Below are positions 18,776 through 28,211 of a DNA stretch of 42,270 nucleotides, one piece after another (positions within the stretch are counted from its first letter, which is position 1; each line of letters begins with the position of its first letter). The position numbers and the translations under genes are program-made. Source of the DNA: a bacterium (GTDB lineage Bacteria > Zhuqueibacterota > Zhuqueibacteria > Residuimicrobiales > Krinioviventaceae); NCBI GenBank assembly GCA_963674595.2, contig CAXXFV010000028.1:1-42270 (forward strand). The letters run 5' to 3'. The notes below the pieces were generated by a model that was not told the DNA's origin, made no database searches, and was given only the letters and a program-made list of their open reading frames with translations.

Positions 18776-21592
18776 TTATTGATTTTTATACTGTTTTAAT
18801 GCCAACCGGGCCGTCTCTTGTATGGACTTGTCCGAATCTGCTATAAAATGTTTCAGCATCCATTCCGGTTCATTACTATTGCGTACGGCCAGTACATATA
18901 AAATACACACTTTGAGCCATCTGTCATCACCCAAAAGTATGTACCGAATGGCTTCCTTTTCGGTTTTCAAGTTTATTTTAAAATGTTTTTGCGTTTGTTC
19001 AAACAGTAACTTTGGTGATTCCTGGTCTATAATTGGAAATAAAAGTTTTTTGAGTTTATTGTCCAGTAAATTGTCTAAAAATTCAATTGCGTTTGCCGAG
19101 ACATTTGTATTGGGACTTTGTAATGCTTTTTGCGCATTTGCTATATCGCCAGGCGGATATTTCAGACTTAATAGTAAAAACAATCTATCCAGATTTTGGT
19201 GTAATTTTTCTTTTATTGCTTTACAAAGCAAAGAATGGGCAATTGTTAATTTATCTTTGTTTTTAGTGTCATTTTTTATGGAATCATCAAATATATTTTT
19301 TATGGTATAAAGAGTGATATAGCTTTCTATTTCCTGAACAATAAAGTTATCTACTTTTTCCGGTCGGAATATCAAGCTTTCAAAATGTGCCCGGAGACGG
19401 GTTAATGCCTTTATAATGTTCGTTCTTAACAACAGATCTTTTTGTTCAATGTGCTTAAAAAGCAGGTCAACGGATTCCTGCAGGTTTATTTGTGATAAAA
19501 CGCGGGGAATTGCCAGTAAAACTTTTCTATTATATTTCTGGTCACTCAATACTTTATCCAGGGCCGGTAATGCAATTTCACCGTTCTGCACAAGCGCTTT
19601 ACGGGCATGGCGTCTAAAATTACTGGTTCCCAAATGTTCGATAAAAAACGGGATAAAACGTTCATCTTTAGTATTGCCCGCATTAATGATTGCCTGTTGG
19701 ACAATGTTAATATTTTTATCATGCAGTAAATTTTCCAGAAATGGGTATAACTTGGCCACCTGTGCCAGACCAATAATTCTGGAAATTGTTTTTTTGAGAA
19801 ATATTATTTCCTGCTCGGTATGTTCTTCTTCTTTACAATACATAAGAAACTGATCAAACAGCTCTATAAAATTTATTGTTTTGCCTGCATCAGTGCTTTC
19901 ATTAATAAAGCTTGCAATGGCAATTATGGCGGCACTCTGGATTTCATAATCTTCATTCTTGACGGATTCAAGTGTAAACTCTTGTCCGTTTTCCCAGTGG
20001 TGTATCATATAAGTAAATGCTGCTATTTTGATTTCAAATGGATGATTGTGTATCATTTCCCGTGCGGTTGACGAAAAATTTTCAGCATCATAAGTATCTA
20101 ATATTTTTAACGTTTCAAGCCGGACAGATTTAGAATGATGTTTTAACAGGTCTTTAAAATAGGGGATAAAATCATCGTTTTTAACATTTTCCAAAAGTTG
20201 TAAACCATATAAAATCTGTTTTTCGTTTTTTCCTTTTAAAATTTTTGTCAGTGTATTAAACAGTGTTGCGTCGTTTATATTTAAGGTCTGATCACTCAGA
20301 TCAATAGAACGTTTTTCCAAAGCAATTCGAAAAGAGTTCAAATATTCATTTTTAATCAGGTAGATGAATAGCAGCCATATTCCAACCAGTACTAGAAGAA
20401 TGATACTGATACTTTGCACGGACAAGTTGAAATAATGCGTTGCTAAAATTAATATTAAACCGCCCAACCCGGTTGCCAGGCTGTCGATAAAAACATCAAT
20501 AAAAGCTTTTGTTTTGTTTTTCATCGAGCTTGGGATGGGAAGCGACAGTAATTCCAGCCCGGATTTATTTATGGATTGTTTAAAACAACCGTCACTGACT
20601 TTGACTAAAACAGCGGACCACAGGGCGGGTTGAAGCAAAATGCAGATGGTGCCGGTTAAAATTCCAACCGGAAGAAAAAACAATGATATGGCAACACCGG
20701 AAACTTTGAGGATTTTACTGGTAAAGAAAACCTGAAAAACAAGAGAAGCGATACTTAGGTTTGAAAGCCAGAAACCAAAAAAAGCGGTAAGCTGGTCCGG
20801 GTCCTGAATTAGTTCCGTAGCGATGGCGCTGTATTGATAATCAACCAGGTTTGCGGCTATAACGCTGATACCGGTTATAGCGGCAAGATAAGCGATGTGT
20901 TTGGATCGAAATAAAAGTTGGATCGTTTTTTCTGAATGATATTTTTGGAACCGTTTTTTTTCATAATTCAGCTTTTCATCGTAATTTTCGCGTCCTTTTT
21001 TATGCCATACTTTTTTTACAATAAAAATACAGGCAATTAAAAAGAAAATGCATATAAACAACATATTTGCCGTACCCAAAATCGGAGCTAAAAATTTGGC
21101 AAGATAACCGCCAAAAATTCCTCCGGAGATACCGCCGGCGCCGATTAAACCGAATATTCTCTTTGCTTCCCGGGCGTTAAAGACGTAATTGGCCAATAAC
21201 CAAAATTGAGACGTTACGATAACACCGAACAGGGCCACCCATATATAAAAAACGTAATAAATCCAGCCTGCCTGAAAGCCTGACATGAGGATAAAGCGGA
21301 ACAAAATTAAACTAACTATAGATATAGCCAGCGTAAAATAAACCAGTTTGTTAAAGCGAAATTTTTTGGATATTTTTGTGTAAAACTGCACAACACCGGC
21401 TGCAGAAACAGCCACAAGTAGAAACGCATAGGGTAACTGTGAGACGCCGTAATGCGATAAAAAAAGTGAGTTCCGGACCGGTTTTATAATAAGTAAAGAG
21501 GCAATAATCAGAAAAAGGTAAAGAAACATTAAAAAGACAATTGTTTTTTCACCTTTTCTGAGATCAAAAATTTTATGTAAATTTTTTTTCAT
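18776..21592 (-). CDS. Npt1/Npt2 (TLC/NTT) nucleotide transporter fused to HEAT repeats
   Basis: About 12 TM N-terminal domain with IIKPVRNSL, FWLLANYVF, NKTKAFIDV; C-terminal HEAT-like helical repeats (LLHDKNINIVQQAI, ANAIEFLDNLL). Confidence 0.85.
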   Translation of the reverse strand: MKKNLHKIFDLRKGEKTIVFLMFLYLFLIIASLLIIKPVRNSLFLSHYGVSQLPYAFLLVAVSAAGVVQFYTKISKKFRFNKLVYFTLAISIVSLILFRFILMSGFQAGWIYYVFYIWVALFGVIVTSQFWLLANYVFNAREAKRIFGLIGAGGISGGIFGGYLAKFLAPILGTANMLFICIFFLIACIFIVKKVWHKKGRENYDEKLNYEKKRFQKYHSEKTIQLLFRSKHIAYLAAITGISVIAANLVDYQYSAIATELIQDPDQLTAFFGFWLSNLSIASLVFQVFFTSKILKVSGVAISLFFLPVGILTGTICILLQPALWSAVLVKVSDGCFKQSINKSGLELLSLPIPSSMKNKTKAFIDVFIDSLATGLGGLILILATHYFNLSVQSISIILLVLVGIWLLFIYLIKNEYLNSFRIALEKRSIDLSDQTLNINDATLFNTLTKILKGKNEKQILYGLQLLENVKNDDFIPYFKDLLKHHSKSVRLETLKILDTYDAENFSSTAREMIHNHPFEIKIAAFTYMIHHWENGQEFTLESVKNEDYEIQSAAIIAIASFINESTDAGKTINFIELFDQFLMYCKEEEHTEQEIIFLKKTISRIIGLAQVAKLYPFLENLLHDKNINIVQQAIINAGNTKDERFIPFFIEHLGTSNFRRHARKALVQNGEIALPALDKVLSDQKYNRKVLLAIPRVLSQINLQESVDLLFKHIEQKDLLLRTNIIKALTRLRAHFESLIFRPEKVDNFIVQEIESYITLYTIKNIFDDSIKNDTKNKDKLTIAHSLLCKAIKEKLHQNLDRLFLLLSLKYPPGDIANAQKALQSPNTNVSANAIEFLDNLLDNKLKKLLFPIIDQESPKLLFEQTQKHFKINLKTEKEAIRYILLGDDRWLKVCILYVLAVRNSNEPEWMLKHFIADSDKSIQETARLALKQYKNQ

Positions 21593-21595
21593 GTA

Positions 21596-23008
21596 TCAAG
21601 CGTTAGATGTCATTTGCTGATTGAGTTTTCCGATCCAAAATGCCAGTACCAGCCATACAAATACCAAACATGCTACAAACAGCGCAAATTGTTTGGTCTC
21701 AAAATTAAGCCATGTTGTGCCGACATAAACCAGTACAGCCGACAAAACATCACCGGCCCGAACAAAAAAGGAATCGATGGCCTGTTTTGCTTTGTATTTT
21801 TGTTCTGTTGTGGTGGGCAAGAACAATACCTGCCGCACAGTGTTTTGTAAAGAATAGTCTATCGAATTTTCAGCGGTTTTGGCCCAGCGTACAATTGAAA
21901 GGATCGGATAAAAAGCGATGATAAAATAACCGCCTAACGCTATAACCGGTAAAAAGAGAATGGCAATGCGAACACCAAAATATTTTAAAATCCTTGAGAC
22001 GATAAAAAGCTGGAACAGGAGAGAAACAATATTCACGATTGTGTAAAAGTCCGCATAAAATTTGCCGATAAAATTGCCGATATATTTTTTTAAATAATCA
22101 TTTTTATACTGTTCGTTGTTTGCAGCATTTGCGGCGTCTGTCGACTGTTGTTTCGCATATTCTTCTGCCTCAGTAATGACTGTTGGATTTTGAGCTTCAA
22201 TTTTGGCTGATCTTTCAATGGTCCTTGCTAATATATATTCTCCGGTGGTATTTACCCAGTTTAGCGTCATCATTAACAAGGCGATGAGTAACAGATAGCG
22301 GGTTTGAAATACCATTTTAAAGGCACCGGTTTTGTTAAACGATTTTTTAGGTTTCTGAGTAAATTCATTTTGATTGGATGCCTTTGTTGGTTTTTCTTTT
22401 GCATCAACAATATTTGTAAAAACAAGGCTGAGCCCCAGCAAGGCACCGGAAAATAATAACAGTTGGTAAACGCCAAGAGGTTCAATTAATTCTCTGGTTA
22501 TGATACCGCCTAAAACAGCCCCTAACGATGCGCCAAAAGCAACAATAACAAATAATCTTTTTCCGGCTTCCGGGGTATAAATGTCATTGGCAAAAGCCCA
22601 GAATTGGGCCGGAACCATAAGGTTAAAAATACCAATCCACAGGAAAAATATTACACCCAGAGGCACCCGTATCAGTGCTAACAGATAAAAAACAACCAGA
22701 CAACCGATAAAGAAAAAAGTAACAGTGTTGATCAGTTTTTTACGATTAAAACGGTTTGCGATCATGCTGTATAATGGAACAGCGCCCAACAGCAATATCG
22801 CCTGACCGGCTGATGCGTAGGCTTTAATTTCTGCTCCGCCGCCGGCTAGGATAAGCGCTTCCCGAACGGGCTTCATTATATAATAGGCGGTAAATATTAA
22901 AAAGATATTGAAAAATAACAAAATAACGGTAAATCCTTCGCCGCCTTTTACTTCTGTAAATAAACCAAGTATGTATTCCAGAATATTTTTTTTCGTTTTT
23001 TGTATCAT
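21596..23008 (-). CDS. Npt1/Npt2 (TLC/NTT) nucleotide transporter
   Basis: YYIMKPVREAL, QFWAFANDIY...GKRLF, ENSIDYSLQNT, KYKAKQAIDSFFVRAGD. Confidence 0.88.
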   Translation of the reverse strand: MIQKTKKNILEYILGLFTEVKGGEGFTVILLFFNIFLIFTAYYIMKPVREALILAGGGAEIKAYASAGQAILLLGAVPLYSMIANRFNRKKLINTVTFFFIGCLVVFYLLALIRVPLGVIFFLWIGIFNLMVPAQFWAFANDIYTPEAGKRLFVIVAFGASLGAVLGGIITRELIEPLGVYQLLLFSGALLGLSLVFTNIVDAKEKPTKASNQNEFTQKPKKSFNKTGAFKMVFQTRYLLLIALLMMTLNWVNTTGEYILARTIERSAKIEAQNPTVITEAEEYAKQQSTDAANAANNEQYKNDYLKKYIGNFIGKFYADFYTIVNIVSLLFQLFIVSRILKYFGVRIAILFLPVIALGGYFIIAFYPILSIVRWAKTAENSIDYSLQNTVRQVLFLPTTTEQKYKAKQAIDSFFVRAGDVLSAVLVYVGTTWLNFETKQFALFVACLVFVWLVLAFWIGKLNQQMTSNA

Positions 23009-23029
23009 AATTCATCCTTTTACAATATT

Positions 23030-24706
23030 TTATTCCATCCGCTTCAGGCCTAATATTTCGGGATTTTGATCATATTTAATATAGACAAATAAATCTTTAC
23101 TCCAACCTGTTTTTTCAGATTTTACCTGAATTTGAACAGCTATTTGTTTATTTATATTATTTTTAATTTTTGTCAAACAGTCATTTAATGGTATTTCAGG
23201 ATTTGTTGTTTCTTGCCAATCCTGCAAACATTTGTCTTCCGGAAGGACAAGCAGCCGGTATTTGTAGGATGTATTTTCTTTTGATTCCAGTTGTGATTCT
23301 ATGGCGTAATTTTTATAGGTCAACACATTTTCCATGGCGCCATTTTTCTGGATAGCAAAATCATCGCATGGATTAACAAGAGAAAAACAATATTCACCAA
23401 TTTTCTTTTGTCTTTCAATCAATATTTTTAGCAGAAATGCTGCCGCTTCCGGATCGGTGTAATGCGCTTCGTCGATAGCTGCCTGTAAATGTTCTTTTGT
23501 AAAGGCCATAATAATTCGAGCCGCCCAGAAAGCGTCATTAGCTGTCATATATTCAAAAGCAGGGTTCGGCACCTGTGGTTTGTATTTTATCGGGTTAAAC
23601 AGTTCCGATTCAATAAACCCAATCGACGGATACTGCACGCCGTCTTGTTTTTCCCAGGGACGGACATAAAGGCCCAAGGTTACGGCATTGCCCAGCAAAA
23701 CACCCGGATCAACATCGTGTTCGTGACCGCGCCAAAGCGTATTGGGACTGTGTGAAGCGCTGCCGAGAGTTGCTCCAAAATCAATTAAAAAATGTTTAAC
23801 AAAACTTTTACCATTTTCAGTTACATAAGAATCCAGCGAATTGCCGTCTTTGGTGTCAAAATGGTTCAGCCAGGCGGTAAGAAGCCGCAATCCCCGCAGT
23901 TCTCTGCGGTGCTGGTGCGGGATAAAATCGTTAAAATCGTCTTTACGAATTCCCCGGTAGCGAAACGGGCCCAATATTTTCCCGGAAATATATTTACTTG
24001 CCAGGGCCCTTATTTTACCGTTTTCACCAACTTCAACACGTTGTAAAATAGTTGCAAGATCGGTTTCATTCATAAAACGTTTTCGGCCTTTTTCATCTGT
24101 AAATTTAACCTTGCTGCCCATTTTTAATTTGGACGGATCAAAAAATACCACATAGTTTTCAGGTGTATTATAGCCGGCTGCATAGAAAAGTTTAGTAGAA
24201 ACAACCTCCGCACCGGAAGCCAGTTCGGAATATCCCGGCGGATCGAATTTAATTACATAGCTGGTACCATTTTTGTCTTTTATACTGAATCCGGGGGTAA
24301 CTCCCTGGGCTTTTGCACGGGTGATTATCCAGACATCTGAGGTGTCCGGTCCTGTTCCTGAATCCGGTCCTTTTTGCGTATCCTGAACATCAAAGTTTGT
24401 AAAACCAATCCGATTGGTAAACCAGGATGAATTTGGAACGCGTCCAAAGGCATCGATGTTTTTTGCCTGTTTCGGATCGCCGCTGATTTTTCTAAACTGA
24501 CGGGAAAAATCAAGAGACTCGTCAATTTGCCGGATAATTTGTTTTTCGAAATATTCAGCAAAAGCATTAATTTCATTTGATTCCGGTTTGGGCACATTGT
24601 TTTGGTCACCGGGAATCGGTTCCGGCGGCTGATAAAGTTTGGACCCTGCCAAAGATGTATTATAAATAATGAATAGTAAAAATATTATATAGACTGACTT
24701 TTTCAC
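23030..24706 (-). CDS. Secreted hypothetical protein with protein-kinase-like fold
   Basis: Signal peptide; Gly-loop-like QGVTPG, YVIKFD lysine, AEVV helix-C Glu, catalytic HFDTKDGN, LIDFG. Confidence 0.7.
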   Translation of the reverse strand: MKKSVYIIFLLFIIYNTSLAGSKLYQPPEPIPGDQNNVPKPESNEINAFAEYFEKQIIRQIDESLDFSRQFRKISGDPKQAKNIDAFGRVPNSSWFTNRIGFTNFDVQDTQKGPDSGTGPDTSDVWIITRAKAQGVTPGFSIKDKNGTSYVIKFDPPGYSELASGAEVVSTKLFYAAGYNTPENYVVFFDPSKLKMGSKVKFTDEKGRKRFMNETDLATILQRVEVGENGKIRALASKYISGKILGPFRYRGIRKDDFNDFIPHQHRRELRGLRLLTAWLNHFDTKDGNSLDSYVTENGKSFVKHFLIDFGATLGSASHSPNTLWRGHEHDVDPGVLLGNAVTLGLYVRPWEKQDGVQYPSIGFIESELFNPIKYKPQVPNPAFEYMTANDAFWAARIIMAFTKEHLQAAIDEAHYTDPEAAAFLLKILIERQKKIGEYCFSLVNPCDDFAIQKNGAMENVLTYKNYAIESQLESKENTSYKYRLLVLPEDKCLQDWQETTNPEIPLNDCLTKIKNNINKQIAVQIQVKSEKTGWSKDLFVYIKYDQNPEILGLKRME

Positions 24707-24718
24707 TTTTTTATGTCC

Positions 24719-26026
24719 TTAGTTTAATTTAAAAAGTAGTCGAAATCCGTCATCGCTTCTGCCGATTTCCAGACGTGTGATGAGACTTGAATCTGTGTAA
24801 ATACGGATGCCTGTTCCATAGGTGATCTGAAGATCATCCGTGTTTAAATGTGTGGATAAGCGTTCGGATACTTTACCGGCATCCGTAAACACCAGCGCAT
24901 CAATATGGCGGGTTAATGGAAACCTATATTCCGCCGAACCGAGGATAAAGTCTCTGTCATGGAACCGGCCCCGCAGAAATCCCCGAATAGAGTCGTCATT
25001 TCCAAGTTCTGCCAGATAGTAAAAGGGGATCGTTCTGTCGGATAAATTTTGTGTAACCTCAAAAGCCGCTCTCAATACAAGGACGCGGTTATAAAAAAGA
25101 TGAATATACTGTTTTACGTCGGCGGAATATTTTGTGAATCCAAATTCCGAACCGTTGGTTTGTTTAAAAATACTGCCGTTTAAAAACAGTTCCGTCCCGG
25201 ATGTCGGATTACCTTGTCGGTTTTTTGAATCGTACTCAATCTCTGTTTTTATAAAATTAAAATCAACGGTTTCACATAACCCTGGAATGATGGAACCGAA
25301 GGCCGCCGGTCTGGCAATAGTGTCTGTTAACGACGGACTGTCATCATCTGATCCGGATTTGATTTTGTTTCTTTCATATCCCAGCCGAAAATTGGTGAGT
25401 AAATTTTCGTGAAGGGCCAGGCCGATAGCTCCGTTAAAACAGGTTTTTTCGTGCCCGTAGCCTGATTCATGCTCTTTTAGTGAAGTCGGACCCATTCCGT
25501 AAAAATGTTCATTGGCAATAAACTGGGAATACATATCCAGGTCACCTTGCAGGTTCCCGTATATTTTTATTCTGCTGAATTTCATTTGAACATTTTTACT
25601 TTTTTTAGGGCCTGCTGTTAATGTTATTTTAAGCTTTGACCCCGGATTAATCAAGTCTTTTTGATAGAAATTTATACCCGCGCCGGTACGGGATGCATAA
25701 GTTGGTGTAACTCCCCGCAGGCCATCATCTGATGTTAAAAAATCTTTAACCCTCGGCCCGATTTTGCTTTCATCGTATATTTTAATTCCCTGCTTTACAC
25801 CGCTAAGGGTGAAATCAATGGGTATAAAAACAACCTTGCCCGGGAATGAAACTATTTTTTCAATTGTACTTTTTGATTTAAACCTTTTTCTAAGGATTTT
25901 TACCTGTTCTTCATCTATCTCTTTTTGTTCCTGTGCTATGGAATATTTGGGCATACCGGCAACTATGCAGAGCAAAAGGGGGATAAAGAGATATTTTTTT
26001 ATATTTTTAAAACTTTTGAGGTGCAA
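24719..26026 (-). CDS. Omp85 (BamA/TamA-family) outer membrane beta-barrel, apparently without POTRA domains
   Basis: Signal peptide; YDSKNRQGNPTSG, IPFYYLAELG, IRGFLRGRFHDRD loop-6 motif, SAEYRFP, YGTGIRI; only 435 aa. Confidence 0.85.
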   Translation of the reverse strand: MHLKSFKNIKKYLFIPLLLCIVAGMPKYSIAQEQKEIDEEQVKILRKRFKSKSTIEKIVSFPGKVVFIPIDFTLSGVKQGIKIYDESKIGPRVKDFLTSDDGLRGVTPTYASRTGAGINFYQKDLINPGSKLKITLTAGPKKSKNVQMKFSRIKIYGNLQGDLDMYSQFIANEHFYGMGPTSLKEHESGYGHEKTCFNGAIGLALHENLLTNFRLGYERNKIKSGSDDDSPSLTDTIARPAAFGSIIPGLCETVDFNFIKTEIEYDSKNRQGNPTSGTELFLNGSIFKQTNGSEFGFTKYSADVKQYIHLFYNRVLVLRAAFEVTQNLSDRTIPFYYLAELGNDDSIRGFLRGRFHDRDFILGSAEYRFPLTRHIDALVFTDAGKVSERLSTHLNTDDLQITYGTGIRIYTDSSLITRLEIGRSDDGFRLLFKLN

Positions 26027-26061
26027 TTGCCTGTTCCTTTCGAAAAAAAATTAACCTGTCC

Positions 26062-26982
26062 TTAAAATTTAAAACTTAAACCTGCTATAGCAGTATTGTT
26101 TTGATATGAGAGTGTCGGCTTTACTCTTTTATTTTCATGAATTTTTAATATTGTTCTTGAAATAGCTGTGCCATAAACGGCGGCCAGAAATACATCTGAA
26201 GGCCAGTGACTGTTGGAATCGATTCGCTGCAGGCAAACAGATGTAGCAATGGTGTAAGCCGCAACCGAAAAAAGCTTACAGTTTACATGATAGGACAAAA
26301 TGGTTGCCAACTGAAATATTGTCGATGCATGGCCGGATGGGAAAGACGATCCTTCATTATATTCAAAAGAGTAGGGCCCCTTTCTTTCATAGGGTCGGGC
26401 ACGGCCTACCAATATATTGGCCAGGTTTTTAAAACCTCCGGCAATAAAATGTGATTCCAGTATTTGTGCTGATATTCGAGTCAGTTTATTTATGTTGAAA
26501 ATGTATCCGACTGCCAGTCCAGCGAAATAAAATCTGTTCGTATAACCCATATAACCGATAGGCTCGAAATAATTACCCATATCCATAAAACGTGAATAGA
26601 TTTTGTTTTCATGATGCCTGTGAAGCTGGGTAAAAATTTTATCCTCGTTTTTATATAGAAAAATTGAAACAGCCGTTATTCCCCCAAGGTATAGTGCCTG
26701 TTTGCGGTTTATGGAAAAAGGTGATTTTGTAATTGTCCATGTATCTTTAACATATGTTGTTACGGCAAATTTAAAATCGGATGCCGCTTTACGTGGAAAG
26801 CATTTTTGGTCGCTTTGGTCTGTTTCATGATTCATCAAACCGGGACTGGAATAATGTAATGGTTTTGAAAATACCGGCTTGTTAAATTTTATTGAATTAT
26901 TGTTATCAATTGTATTGGAATAAACCGGTTGATAAATAATTGAAATAAGATTAGACAAGATAATTAATAATAGTATTTTCAC
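26062..26982 (-). CDS. PAP2-superfamily phosphatase with signal peptide
   Basis: C1 K...GRARP, C2 SFPSGH, C3 QRIDSNSHWPSD; N-terminal signal peptide; C-terminus AIAGLSFKF. Confidence 0.88.
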   Translation of the reverse strand: MKILLLIILSNLISIIYQPVYSNTIDNNNSIKFNKPVFSKPLHYSSPGLMNHETDQSDQKCFPRKAASDFKFAVTTYVKDTWTITKSPFSINRKQALYLGGITAVSIFLYKNEDKIFTQLHRHHENKIYSRFMDMGNYFEPIGYMGYTNRFYFAGLAVGYIFNINKLTRISAQILESHFIAGGFKNLANILVGRARPYERKGPYSFEYNEGSSFPSGHASTIFQLATILSYHVNCKLFSVAAYTIATSVCLQRIDSNSHWPSDVFLAAVYGTAISRTILKIHENKRVKPTLSYQNNTAIAGLSFKF

Positions 26983-27009
26983 ATTATTTCCTTAGCATTT
27001 TATACCAGA

Positions 27010-28198
27010 CTATTTAACTTTTAACAACAGACCCTTTAAATAGAGCCCTTCCGGAAAATTGGTTGAGACACAATGGTCAGGGGCCTGCCATAAACGGTCC
27101 ATAATGACGGCGTCTCTTTTAGCATCAATAGCGGCATCGGCAATGATTTTGTTGAATAGACTGGGAACAACATGCCCGGAGCAGGAAAAGGTGAATAATA
27201 AGCCACCCGGCTTTAAAAGTTTCATGGCTAAAAGATTAATGTCTTTATACCCTCTGCTGCCCTTTATAAGTTGTTTTGCGGAGGCAACAAATTTTGGCGG
27301 ATCCAGTACGATGACATCAAATTGCCGGCTGGTATCGCGGAAATGACGCAGCACCTTAAAGACATCGTCCTGTATAAATTCGTTTTTCCCGGAATTAAAT
27401 TTGTTAAGATCAATATTGTCTTTGCATAAAGACAATGCCTGGGCCGATGAGTCAATATGCACCACATTTTCGGCTTGCCCGGTATGGGCGTAAACACCAA
27501 AACCACCGGTATAAGAAAAAACAGTTTAAAACATCGGCGCCTTTAACATAATTTGCCAAAATTTTTCTGTTACTGCGCTGGTCCAGATAAAATCCGGTTT
27601 TGTTGCCGTTTTTTATATCCACCAGAAATGATATATTATTTTCCTTTATTTCAACCACATCCGGGGGTGTTTGTCCCCAGATGACACCGGCCGCCGGTTC
27701 AAGTCCTTCTTTTTTACGCACATCAATATCCGACCGTTCATAGATACCCTTAGGTTTGAGCATGTCTGTCAATTGTTCTACAATTGTTTCTTTGTAATAT
27801 TCCACACCGGAAGATAAAAACTGACAGACGAGAAAATCATTGTATTTATCAACTAAAAGACCCGGCAGGCCGTCGGATTCGGCATTCACAAGTCGGTATG
27901 CTGTGGTTTGGTCCAAATCCGGTAATATTTGTCTATATTGAACGGCTTGTTGTAATTTTTTTCTAAAAAAATCAGCGTCTATATTTTCCTGTTCATCGTA
28001 AGACCATATACGGCTTTGAATTTGAGATTGCGGTGAAAAATTGCCATAGGCCAAAAAATCATTATTGTGTGCAACAATTCGCACTGTTTCGCCACTTTGT
28101 ATACCATCATCCTTTTTTTGTATGGCGCCGCTGAATATCCACGGGTGACGACGTAAAACAGAGTCTTGTCTGTTTTTTTTGATAAAAATTGTTTTCAT
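27010..28198 (-). CDS. rlmI: 23S rRNA m5C1962 methyltransferase RlmI-like (one apparent +1 frameshift at ~27516-27521)
   Basis: PUA RRHPWIFSG, ESDGLPGL, KTGFYLDQR, DPPKF, PEGLYLK; removing one T restores LNCFSYTGGF. Confidence 0.88.
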
Positions 28199-28211
28199 AT
28201 ATTTACTTTTC

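Noticed and set aside
18776-23008. NTTs as evidence of an energy-parasitic endosymbiont
   Set aside because: The window is rich in regulatory and catabolic genes typical of a free-living organism, and NTT-HEAT types occur in free-living bacteria
23030-24706. HipA toxin / toxin-antitoxin interpretation of the kinase-like gene
   Set aside because: It has a signal peptide, and there is no adjacent HTH antitoxin
27452-27521. Programmed frameshift or phase variation in rlmI
   Set aside because: The run is only 6 nt, no stimulatory structure was seen, and it has the same +1 signature as eight other likely errors
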